This document shows, one piece after another, positions 1 through 7,184 of a DNA stretch of 40,680 nucleotides. This DNA comes from a virus (lineage: Duplodnaviria; Caudoviricetes). Position numbers and translations under genes: made by a program. Under the pieces are notes generated by a model that searched no databases, was not told the origin of the DNA, and saw only the letters and a program-made list of their open reading frames with translations. How positions within the stretch are numbered: position 1 is the stretch's first letter; each line of letters starts with the position of its first letter. Where the stretch lies: positions 1 to 40,680 of IMG/VR virus record IMGVR_UViG_3300042827_000008, one strand, 5' to 3'.

Positions 1-29
1 GGACTACCCTAGCGCTAGCCGCGGGGCGG

Positions 30-125
30 TTTTGGCGTGATTTCGACGCCCTTTTACCCCTTTTTTGGCCTTTTTTGGGCGTTTTTTCGTGTTTTCGCGT
101 GTTTATTCTTGTTTTGGGTGTTTTT
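30..125. other. Phased T-tract (intrinsically bent DNA) region; candidate cos/packaging region
   Basis: T-runs start at 30, 41, 52, 61, 71, 82, 92, 102, 112 and 121 (about 10-bp period) in a very GC-rich genome; lies just downstream of the HNH gene at the window end. Confidence 0.6.
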
Positions 126-441
126 GTCGGGCTTCGACGCCTTGGGCGGCGCTGCGGCGGCGGTGGCAGGGGGTGCAGAGGGATCGGAGCATGGCGGGGT
201 CGTAGCGCTGTGTGGCGTAGTCGGTGCCGTCGATGTGGTCGGCGGTGTCGGCGAGCGCACCGCAGAGGGCGCAGAGTGGTTCGGCGGCGAGCTGTGCGGC
301 CCGTACGCGGCGCCAGCGCCTGTCGCCTCCACCTGTCCATGCGGGGCCGCGGCGCGTCCAGGGCGGGTCGCACAGGGGGCAGCGGGGGCCGGTGAACAGG
401 GCGCGGCAGGTCAGGCAGCGTCTGGCCGGCGCGGTGGGCAT
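103..441 (-). CDS. HNH endonuclease (terminase-associated, HK97 gp74-like)
   Basis: WRRVRAAQLAAEPLCALCG...ADHID...LRSLCTPCHRRRS; ATG at 441 with GGGAGG RBS; position at genome end before the packaging genes. Confidence 0.9.
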   Translation of the reverse strand: MPTAPARRCLTCRALFTGPRCPLCDPPWTRRGPAWTGGGDRRWRRVRAAQLAAEPLCALCGALADTADHIDGTDYATQRYDPAMLRSLCTPCHRRRSAAQGVEARQKHPKQE

Positions 442-590
442 GGGCCTCCCCGGGGGTCGTCTTCCCAGAGCCGGGCGCAGATGGCCCACCATGTCGGGTC
501 GTCGGTGAGCGGGGGCGCGCCGTGTGCGTGCTCCCAGAGGAGGTCGGCTATGTCGCGCAGTTCGGGGGGCAGGTCGTCATCGTGGGTCAT
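411..590 (-). CDS. hypothetical protein
   Basis: 59-aa ORF MTHDDDLPPELRDIADLLW..., co-directional with and overlapping the HNH start. Confidence 0.5.
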   Translation of the reverse strand: MTHDDDLPPELRDIADLLWEHAHGAPPLTDDPTWWAICARLWEDDPRGGPCPPRRPDAA

Positions 591-744
591 GCCTTGTAGT
601 CGAGGCACCCCGGCCGAGCGTTAGGTCACAGCATGGTAACGATATGCCGTAGGTGTCGCGTAGGTATATACCAAGTACTGCTCAGCGGGTAGGTTTTGTC
701 TTGTACCGGCGGAGCCGGGCGGACCACCAAACGGAAGGCACACC

Positions 745-1023
745 ATGACCACCACGAACACCACCCCCGAGCGGCTGACCCGGCTCGCTGAGTACCTGTC
801 GGACTTCGGCTTCACCTTCACCGCCGAGCGCAGCGACGACGGCGAGTGGAGTCTCGTAGATGACGAAATGCGCAGCGACTACAGCACGCTGGTTATCTAC
901 GGCGACAGCGTGGCCTATTACTCACCCGGCGACTGGCTCGACGGAAACGCCCCGACCCGCACCGTGGAAATCCACGGCAGCGAATTCGGCGACGTGTTCG
1001 CTGCACTCAAGATGGCGGTCTGA
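745..1023 (+). CDS. hypothetical protein
   Basis: GGAAGG RBS, protein-like acidic composition, first gene of a plus-strand mini-operon. Confidence 0.75.
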   Translation: MTTTNTTPERLTRLAEYLSDFGFTFTAERSDDGEWSLVDDEMRSDYSTLVIYGDSVAYYSPGDWLDGNAPTRTVEIHGSEFGDVFAALKMAV

Positions 1024-1024
1024 C

Positions 1025-1375
1025 ATGAATCGCTACGTGATCGTGGTGGAGGCGGGGCCGGTCGCCGACCGCGGGGTGGAGTCGGTGCACGGGGTGGACG
1101 GTGGCGGCTACACCGGCGACGACGTGACCAAGGCGCTGGCCGAGATCACGCGCGGCCTCGCCAACGCTGGTCTGGTGAACCCGCGCGCCACCATCGTGAA
1201 GCTGACGGACACGCCCACCCGCGCCTTTGGTACAGGCACGGTCGCGTTCGGGGGCCGCTCGTACCCGGCGACGCGGCGAGCTAACGGGGAGGTCCGCTAC
1301 GAGTGGTCCCCGGGGCACACCGTGCTGGCGCCCCCCGCCGTGCGGGACACCTACCGAACGAGGGACGCGAAATGA
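1025..1375 (+). CDS. hypothetical protein
   Basis: ATG 1 nt after upstream stop (MNRYVIVVEAG...); ATGA overlap with next gene. Confidence 0.7.
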   Translation: MNRYVIVVEAGPVADRGVESVHGVDGGGYTGDDVTKALAEITRGLANAGLVNPRATIVKLTDTPTRAFGTGTVAFGGRSYPATRRANGEVRYEWSPGHTVLAPPAVRDTYRTRDAK

Positions 1376-1542
1376 CCGAAGCGACCGACAACCGGCACCC
1401 CATCCGCGCCATGCGGATCCCCTCGGATCTGTGGGAGGCGGCAAAGGTGAAGGCCGCGGAGAACGATGAGAGCGTGGCGCGGGTGGTGCGCCGCGCGTTG
1501 CGTGAGTACGTCCAGAACGACGACACCGGGAGCGACCAATGA
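1372..1542 (+). CDS. ribbon-helix-helix (Arc/CopG-like) DNA-binding protein
   Basis: RAMRIPSDLWEAAKVKAAENDESVARVVRRALREYV matches the RHH beta-alpha-alpha pattern. Confidence 0.85.
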   Translation: MTEATDNRHPIRAMRIPSDLWEAAKVKAAENDESVARVVRRALREYVQNDDTGSDQ

Positions 1543-1664
1543 TCAGCCGGTGGCTGGATTCGTGGTACCACTACCGGCGTCAGGTCGGGCTGGGCCGGTG
1601 GCTGGCGCTCTACCGAACCGCCTACTACGAGATCCGGAAGAAGGAACCCGGCCCAAAGGGCTAG
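1539..1664 (+). CDS. 41-aa aromatic/basic micro-protein (below ORF track cutoff)
   Basis: ATGA-coupled to RHH stop; MISRWLDSWYHYRRQVGLGRWLALYRTAYYEIRKKEPGPKG; followed by hairpin. Confidence 0.55.
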   Translation: MISRWLDSWYHYRRQVGLGRWLALYRTAYYEIRKKEPGPKG

Positions 1665-1689
1665 CCTGATCAGGTCACCCCTTCCACAA

Positions 1690-1718
1690 CGGACCCGTCC
1701 CCCCGTGGGGCGGGTCCG
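1690..1718 (+). terminator. GC-rich hairpin, probable intrinsic terminator
   Basis: CGGACCCGTCCC...GGGGCGGGTCCG followed by CTGTCGTTGTT, after the plus-strand operon. Confidence 0.55.
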
Positions 1719-1751
1719 CTGTCGTTGTTGCCGTACGGGGAAGGGGCCGGG

Positions 1752-1958
1752 ATGGACCGGGACACCTATGAGTGCCTGCCTGTGTGCCGTTGCGCGTACG
1801 CGGCGGCTGACCAGCCGGGCGGTGAGCCGGTGCTGGTGCCGTCTGATGACTGCGACCTGCACTGGCCGTTGGCTGTGGACGCCGACCAGGACTGCGGTGA
1901 TGCGTTCGAGCCGCTAGAATTCGCGCGAAATGAACGCGCGGAGCTTGGCGACGGGTAA
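1752..1958 (+). CDS. hypothetical Cys/acid-rich protein
   Basis: GGGGAAGGGG purine tract upstream; MDRDTYECLPVCRC... Confidence 0.5.
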   Translation: MDRDTYECLPVCRCAYAAADQPGGEPVLVPSDDCDLHWPLAVDADQDCGDAFEPLEFARNERAELGDG

Positions 1959-2033
1959 CGGGCGGGTCCGGTCATGACTCGGGTCTACCCTGACCACTGC
2001 GGGGTCGGACGTGTCGGGTGGTTCCGCGTCCGG

Positions 2034-2068
2034 CCCCGCCCCCCAATGAGGGGGGTTGGGGAGCGGGG
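2034..2068 (-). terminator. 13-bp hairpin with CCCCCCUCA loop between convergent units
   Basis: minus strand CCCCGCTCCCCAA-loop-TTGGGGGGCGGGG. Confidence 0.45.
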
Positions 2069-2128
2069 CGGTTGCGCATCCTTGGCGGGGCGCGCAAGTC
2101 AAGACGTTACCCGGCCGGCGCGGAGGGC

Positions 2129-2362
2129 CTAGCGGGTGTGGCGACCGGTGCGGCTGGTCGCGGGGGCGAGCGGCTGGGACTGTCGGGCAATGCCAGCGAT
2201 GACGGCGAGCGCGTTGCCGCGGGCCGCGGCGATCTGCCGCTCGGTGGGCACGTGACCTTCGGGGTAGTACAGGGCGAGCACCCCGGAAATCCCTGCCTGC
2301 ACAGTGGATTCGTCGGCGAGGTCCACGACCTTGACACCGTTGGCTATGTAGACCTCATGCAT
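2129..2362 (-). CDS. hypothetical protein downstream of a structured leader
   Basis: 77-aa ORF with GAACGGGGG RBS-like motif; own promoter candidate upstream. Confidence 0.65.
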   Translation of the reverse strand: MHEVYIANGVKVVDLADESTVQAGISGVLALYYPEGHVPTERQIAAARGNALAVIAGIARQSQPLAPATSRTGRHTR

Positions 2363-2364
2363 GC

Positions 2365-2497
2365 CGCTGGCCCCCGTTCCCGGTTGTTGAACTGAGAGCG
2401 GAGGCCAGCGACCTTCCCCAAGGTCGAGCGTAGCCCCGAGGCGGGCCTAGCCCTCGGTCCGACGGGGGGAGGCGGACCACTAGCCGTCCTCGGGACT
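2365..2497 (-). ncRNA. candidate structured leader RNA / cis-regulatory RNA
   Basis: Three-way junction (10-bp P1 2488-2497/2432-2441), hairpin 2409-2426, and about 20-bp hairpin 2365-2410 covering the RBS. Confidence 0.4.
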
Positions 2498-2516
2498 GAT
2501 CACGACTCTGAGCCTC

Positions 2517-2545
2517 ATGCTGTGGTGTGACAGTGCCGCTGTCAA
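2517..2545 (-). promoter_or_regulatory. sigma70-type promoter with overlapping dyad
   Basis: minus strand TTGACA-17 nt-CAGCAT; TGACAG-N5-CTGTCA dyad at 2528-2544. Confidence 0.55.
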
Positions 2546-2568
2546 GTTCGGCGCGCGACGCCAGCGGG

Positions 2569-2796
2569 TCAGGTTTCCGCATCGGACTGGTCCGGTGGTT
2601 CTGTCCGCTGGTACAGGTGCAGACCCCATGTCGGCCCCGCGAAATGTTCATCGAGCACGCTCACCGCTTTCTGCAACTGTTCAGCGATCCGGGCGGCTGT
2701 CTCGTCGGACACGTCCGGCGGGATCTCCACCCACAGGCAGCGGGTGCCGGGCTTGAGTGCGTCGCGTACTTCGGCCCACGGCTTGTGTCCGGTCAT
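2569..2796 (-). CDS. hypothetical protein
   Basis: ATGA-coupled start with GAAGGGAACCAGCCATG. Confidence 0.7.
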   Translation of the reverse strand: MTGHKPWAEVRDALKPGTRCLWVEIPPDVSDETAARIAEQLQKAVSVLDEHFAGPTWGLHLYQRTEPPDQSDAET

Positions 2797-2999
2797 GGCT
2801 GGTTCCCTTCGCAGGGGCAGCCGACCGGACCCCATCCGCCGGTGTTCTCTCCGGTGCGCGTGTCGATGAACTCGACACAGTTGCCCTCGCTGCATGGCTG
2901 CTCACGCATGAATCGCTGGTCAGCTTCGGCCCTGTCGAACGCGGCGCGGGCTGCCGGATCGGTCAACACTTCGGCCAGCCATGCGGGTTCGTCGGTCAT
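2793..2999 (-). CDS. hypothetical protein
   Basis: ATGA-coupled start with GAAGGGAACCAGCGATG. Confidence 0.7.
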   Translation of the reverse strand: MTDEPAWLAEVLTDPAARAAFDRAEADQRFMREQPCSEGNCVEFIDTRTGENTGGWGPVGCPCEGNQP

Positions 3000-3184
3000 C
3001 GCTGGTTCCCTTCTCGGTGTGGTTGTGCGTAGCCTTCGGCGGCTAGCGACGCGAACACGCTGTCGGCGATCGCTTCAACGTCGCCGCTGGTCAGGTGGTT
3101 GGACAGTCCGCGCGACACGGCGCCCATGGCGACCCCGGCCGCGACGGCTTCCCATGCGCTCATCTGCGGCTCGTCGGTGGTCAT
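2996..3184 (-). CDS. hypothetical protein
   Basis: ATGA-coupled to SLOG gene stop; MTTDEPQMSAWEAV... Confidence 0.65.
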   Translation of the reverse strand: MTTDEPQMSAWEAVAAGVAMGAVSRGLSNHLTSGDVEAIADSVFASLAAEGYAQPHREGNQR

Positions 3185-3750
3185 CGGTTGCTTTCCCTTG
3201 TGATGGTTTGGCGTACGCGTCGGGGGCGCGGTACGGCACCGGGGGTGGTGTAGGTGAAGCGCCGTACGGGGATCCCGGCGCGGGCGGCGAGGGTGGCTGT
3301 GTGGGTGGCGCCGGGGCTGGCGTCTTTGATGAACGCGAGACATATGTCGGCGCCGAGCTTCACCATTGCGGCGTTGCGGCGGTACCCGGCGCGGTGGCAG
3401 CGCATTTCGTTCGCGTGCCAGCGGGGGCAGGTCACGTCGTGGCGGGTCCAGTCGGCGGGGTGCCGTTCGGTGCCCCAGCCGGCGCGGAACGCGAACGTGT
3501 GGGCGATCAGGTCGGCCCCCGTTGGACACTTGCCGTCCACCAGTGTCGGGACGGCGCGGGTGAACACGCCATGTTCGTCGCGGTACGGCGGGCACAGTTC
3601 GGCCCACACCTGTTTCAGGGCGGCGTGGATCACGTCGGCGTCGAGCCAATCGCGTGACCCGGTGATGAGCACCCGCGGTGTGATCAGGCCGGGCGCGGGC
3701 CGCGACAGGATCGTCGGCAGCGACCGTGGTGTTACCGGTGTCGGTCCCAT
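3181..3750 (-). CDS. DUF2493 / YspA-like SLOG-family protein
   Basis: RVLITGSRDW...DGKCPTGADLIA...HPADW...AGYRRNAAMV..GAD..LAF...SPGATH...ARAGIP. Confidence 0.85.
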   Translation of the reverse strand: MGPTPVTPRSLPTILSRPAPGLITPRVLITGSRDWLDADVIHAALKQVWAELCPPYRDEHGVFTRAVPTLVDGKCPTGADLIAHTFAFRAGWGTERHPADWTRHDVTCPRWHANEMRCHRAGYRRNAAMVKLGADICLAFIKDASPGATHTATLAARAGIPVRRFTYTTPGAVPRPRRVRQTITRESNR

Positions 3751-3754
3751 GGCT

Positions 3755-3952
3755 TCACCCGACGTAGTTGTTCGGCGGGACCGCTTCGGCTTCGTTGTGC
3801 AGTAGGCGGTGCATCACCTCGGACAGGGTGACGACCACTTCGGCTTGCCGGGCTAGGGGCATCTGGCCCGATTCGACGCGGGTAAGTTCGGTGCGGCGGT
3901 CGCGGGCGTCCCAGACTTCGACGCGGATTGTGGTGGTGGTGTCGTCTGCCAT
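3755..3952 (-). CDS. hypothetical protein
   Basis: GAACGGGGA motif upstream; start overlaps stop of preceding gene. Confidence 0.65.
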   Translation of the reverse strand: MADDTTTTIRVEVWDARDRRTELTRVESGQMPLARQAEVVVTLSEVMHRLLHNEAEAVPPNNYVG

Positions 3953-4155
3953 CAGTTGTCCCCGTTCGCTTGGGTGTCTTTGAACCCGCCGCGCATCACG
4001 GCGCGCTGTACGGCTGCTGCTTCGTGGTACCAGTAGGCGCGCTGGTCGGCGGGCAGGTCGTCCCAACTCTGCACCGCGTCGAGGGGGTCGCCGTCACCGA
4101 AGCGCCAGTAGAGCCACTGCGGCATCGTCAAGGTGGTTGCGGTTTCCTCGGGCAT
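3952..4155 (-). CDS. hypothetical protein (WDDLPADQRAYW motif)
   Basis: GAACGGGGAAC motif upstream; a W-x-x-L-x4-R-x2-W pattern seen in small actinophage proteins. Confidence 0.7.
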   Translation of the reverse strand: MPEETATTLTMPQWLYWRFGDGDPLDAVQSWDDLPADQRAYWYHEAAAVQRAVMRGGFKDTQANGDN

Positions 4156-4184
4156 GGCTGTGTTCCCCGTTCTGTGTTGTCCCG

Positions 4185-4403
4185 CTATCTGTCTCCGACT
4201 GATTCGTTGCGGAGCCGCGACGCTAGGCCGCGGTGTACGGCTGCCATCGCCCACACCTTGGATGCGGCGTAGGGGTTGCTGGTACTGCTGGCGGCGTCGC
4301 CCGCCGAGTCCAGCGCCTTGGCGACCTCATGCGCGGTCACGTAGGCGTACAGCTCGGGCCGGTCCCGTTTCATTGCTTGGCGCTGTAGCTCAATATCGGT
4401 CAT
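4185..4403 (-). CDS. hypothetical protein (possible in-frame extension to GTG 4514)
   Basis: GAACGGGGAACCGACATG start; frame open up to a GTGA-coupled start at 4514. Confidence 0.65.
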   Translation of the reverse strand: MTDIELQRQAMKRDRPELYAYVTAHEVAKALDSAGDAASSTSNPYAASKVWAMAAVHRGLASRLRNESVGDR

Positions 4404-4510
4404 GTCGGTTCCCCGTTCAGTGGTGCGGCACGGCAGCGACACGTCTAGGTCTACGGGTGTTGCCGCTGTCATGAGCCGGTCGAATTCGTCGGCCGACAGG
4501 TCGTCGTCGG

Positions 4511-4729
4511 TCACGTCCGGCGGCGGCGTTGGCGGATGCGGCGTTCGGCGAGCAACACCTCGTGTTCTAGGTACAGGTGTTCCCCGGTGCGTTCGTTCGT
4601 GGCGTACGCGGACAGTTCGTTGCGGCGTACCCAATCGCGGACGGTGGCGCGTTCCACCCCGCACAGGATCGCGGCTTCGGCGGCGGTGATGAGCCGCCGC
4701 CGCGGGTCACCCGTCGTCGGCGGTGTCAT
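4511..4729 (-). CDS. MerR/Xis-type helix-turn-helix protein
   Basis: LITAAEAAILCGVERATVRDWVRRNEL...LY. Confidence 0.8.
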   Translation of the reverse strand: MTPPTTGDPRRRLITAAEAAILCGVERATVRDWVRRNELSAYATNERTGEHLYLEHEVLLAERRIRQRRRRT

Positions 4730-5069
4730 CGCGGACCGGTTCGGCCGGCGGGCGCGGCGGACGCACCCGGGCATCGACGTACTTATAGGAGGGGCGTCGT
4801 TTCTTGCCCCGCTTGCCTCGGCGCTCGTAGTACTGGACGGCGCCGTTCAGCGCGTCGGTACTGGCGTTCAGCGATTCAGCGAGCCACGACAGCGGCACCC
4901 CCGACACCTGTTGGCGGCGCAGTTCTTTCACGAACGCGCGGCCGGGGTCGGTGCCCCACTCGCGGACGACGACTTTGCGTTCCGGGACCTCCGCGAGCAG
5001 CGCGACCAGGCGCTCCACCTGCTCGGCGGTGGGGGGTTTGCGGACCTTCGTCGGCTTCATGGTCGTCAC
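4707..5069 (-). CDS. basic hypothetical protein, possible HTH
   Basis: GTGA-coupled to ParB-like gene; GVPLSWLAESLNASTDAL followed by RRGKRGKKRR. Confidence 0.6.
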   Translation of the reverse strand: MTTMKPTKVRKPPTAEQVERLVALLAEVPERKVVVREWGTDPGRAFVKELRRQQVSGVPLSWLAESLNASTDALNGAVQYYERRGKRGKKRRPSYKYVDARVRPPRPPAEPVRDDTADDG

Positions 5070-5905
5070 TCCGGGACCGGGAAGGATTCGGCGTTCTTGC
5101 CGCCGCCGCGCCAACTCAGCACGTGGATCAGGTGCCCGGTGCGGTAGGCGTTCCACGCCTTGAAAATGAGGGCGAGCTGGTGGACCTGATCCATGCGGCG
5201 CCGCGACCCGGCTTGGTTCTGTAGCGCGATGACCTGCCGCCGGTACGCGCCGATGGGGTGACCGGGGGCGAGCCCGTCACCGCTGTGCAGCTTGTCGAAA
5301 AAGTCCTCCACGTCATCGAGGACACCGGGGCCGGGCAGGTTGCTGAACGTCCAGTGCGCGCACGCGTACACCGAGCCGCGGCCACCGATCAGCGCGTAAA
5401 CCCGCTTGGCGGGCTTCATCGAATCGGGCAGGTCGGGGTGGTCGGCCAGGTAGCGCAGCAGGGTCGCGTGGGTTATCTCGTTCATGCGGCTACGCAACAG
5501 TCCGTGCTCGTAGGCGTAGATGAGCCGTAGTGCCGCCGCCACGTCCACCGGGTACTGAATCCCCAGCAGCCGCAACTGGTCACCGAGTGCCCGCTTGACG
5601 CCCGTGTCCATGTCGTTTTGGGCCTCGATCGGCAGCCCTTCCACGACCGACAGTTCCAAGGTCGTCCCCGACGCCACGATCGCTTGCAGCCGGTGCTGCC
5701 CGTTCAGCAGCACCGGGTGATTCTTGCCCTTGCCGTCGAGCGTCCCGGCAAAGGCGATCGGGTCGATATCGAGCCGCCAATCCCCGGCGGCCATCGCTTC
5801 GGCGTACGCCGACACGACGCGGGGCCGGACGTTGCGGTTACGGGTGTTGTACCCGAGCCACCGTTCCGCCGTTTCGGGGTCCACCTTCGTTCGCATTGTT
5901 TTCAC
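5066..5905 (-). CDS. ParB/Srx-like N-terminal domain protein (GQHR motif)
   Basis: NTRNRNV...YAEAMAAGDW...PIAF...LLNGQHRLQAIV...DTG..R; start GTG 5905 or ATG 5896. Confidence 0.8.
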   Translation of the reverse strand: MKTMRTKVDPETAERWLGYNTRNRNVRPRVVSAYAEAMAAGDWRLDIDPIAFAGTLDGKGKNHPVLLNGQHRLQAIVASGTTLELSVVEGLPIEAQNDMDTGVKRALGDQLRLLGIQYPVDVAAALRLIYAYEHGLLRSRMNEITHATLLRYLADHPDLPDSMKPAKRVYALIGGRGSVYACAHWTFSNLPGPGVLDDVEDFFDKLHSGDGLAPGHPIGAYRRQVIALQNQAGSRRRMDQVHQLALIFKAWNAYRTGHLIHVLSWRGGGKNAESFPVPE

Positions 5906-5979
5906 ATTCCACCCGTTTTCCGTGGCCCCTTGGGAAAGCCACTTCTGGAGGTGTCCTCCGTGTTGTTCACCTCCGCTTG

Positions 5980-6015
5980 CCGCCTTTCTACAGCGCCCAG
6001 GTCGGGGCTTGTCAA
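5980..6015 (-). promoter_or_regulatory. candidate internal promoter for the ParB-like module
   Basis: minus strand TTGACA (6015-6010) followed 17-19 nt later by TGTAGAAA in an intergenic gap. Confidence 0.4.
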
Positions 6016-6024
6016 GGGTTTGGG

Positions 6025-6645
6025 TCACTTTGTGTCGCTGCCCGGTGACTCTGCGACAAGCAGCCGGACCAGTAGGGCGTAGTGCCGTTCGGGCCACGCG
6101 TTGCCGCACATTCGGCACGACACGTGGTCGTCGCCGTCGCGGCGAACCAGCGCCCGGGTGTCGCAGTGGGGGCAGGGCGCGGCGAGCTGGTGTTCCAGCG
6201 GGGTCAGCCCGAGCCGGTCGCGCAGCGACGCCGACAACGTGAGCAGCCGCGACGCGTACGCCACCCCGTACGGCGGGCCGAGCGCGGCGGACAGGTCGGC
6301 GACAACGATGGTCACGGCGCGCTGTACGGCGTGGCCGGCGCGGACCGCGGACGGCAGCGGCGGCCGGTCGAGAGCGGCGCGGGTCGCCGCCTCCCATGCC
6401 GTCAACGCCCGGGCGAGGTCGTCGCACAGTTCGAGCACCCCATCGCGCAGCGGGCTGCGAGATCCCGGCTTCGGGGTGGACAGCTTGTCTGTCAGTCCGT
6501 GGCTGGACCCGCTGACGCCCTGACAGCCGCGGACGTACAGCGCGGGCGCTTGGGTCAATGCCTCCATCACCTTGTCGTGGCACGACTGGCACAGCGCCGC
6601 GACGCGGCGCGGGTGCCGGTGGCACATCAAACAGTCATCCATCAC
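6025..6645 (-). CDS. conserved actinophage multi-Zn-ribbon protein (possible late regulator)
   Basis: CLMC...CQSC at N-terminus; CPHC...CRMC...W at C-terminus; follows RusA. Confidence 0.7.
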   Translation of the reverse strand: MMDDCLMCHRHPRRVAALCQSCHDKVMEALTQAPALYVRGCQGVSGSSHGLTDKLSTPKPGSRSPLRDGVLELCDDLARALTAWEAATRAALDRPPLPSAVRAGHAVQRAVTIVVADLSAALGPPYGVAYASRLLTLSASLRDRLGLTPLEHQLAAPCPHCDTRALVRRDGDDHVSCRMCGNAWPERHYALLVRLLVAESPGSDTK

Positions 6646-7184
6646 AACACCACCTCGGGCATGGGCCAGACGCGGATGAACGCGCCCGGCGTCTTGAGTA
6701 CGTCCGCCAACCCGTCCGCGGTGTAGTGCTTACGGGCTGTCGCCTCGACCACTTGGGAGTCGTCGCGCCACACACCGGCGTAGGTGGCGGCGTCGAGCAC
6801 CCCGCGGAGCAGCTTGTCCAGGTCGGGTTTCTTCGCGGGGTAGCTGTGCCGCCGCTTGGGCAGGCTCACGGGCCGTTTCATCGTGAACACGACCAGCACC
6901 CCGACCGGCCCGGTGAACGGGTCACCGCAGTGCGCCGCGCGCAGCGCGTAGATCACCGAGTCGCGCCACGGCAGCAGCGTCGTGTGGTTTTGGTGGAACA
7001 CGGCGAGCTGCCCGGCGCGGGGTCCGCCCCTGATCCGCTGCGCATCCATGGAGCCTTGCGGCCGGGGCATCCCGTACGCGGTCGCCTCGACCTGCCCGGG
7101 GTGTACCGGACCGGTCCGCCCGGCCGGCGCGGGCAGGTCGGGGTATAGCTCAAGCTGCCCGGGCAACTGGTCATCAGAGGTCAT
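6642..7184 (-). CDS. rusA: RusA-like Holliday junction resolvase
   Basis: GMPRPQGS...WRDSV...KPDLDKLLRGVLDA...VWRDDSQVV. Confidence 0.92.
   Translation of the reverse strand: MTSDDQLPGQLELYPDLPAPAGRTGPVHPGQVEATAYGMPRPQGSMDAQRIRGGPRAGQLAVFHQNHTTLLPWRDSVIYALRAAHCGDPFTGPVGVLVVFTMKRPVSLPKRRHSYPAKKPDLDKLLRGVLDAATYAGVWRDDSQVVEATARKHYTADGLADVLKTPGAFIRVWPMPEVVL

Noticed and set aside
2365-2500. tRNA or tmRNA interpretation of the structured region
   Set aside because: No T-loop GTTC(G/A)A in a cloverleaf context, no D-loop, no CCA end
2791-3200. CRISPR-like array from about 20-bp repeats spaced about 200 bp apart
   Set aside because: Only 2-3 copies, the spacers are whole ORFs, the repeats are RBS/start junctions, and no cas genes are present
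5906-6625. 519-aa version of the ParB-like ORF
   Set aside because: The N-terminal extension is R/P/G-rich off-frame reading of the Zn-ribbon gene; the recognisable domain starts at about 5905 behind a promoter candidate
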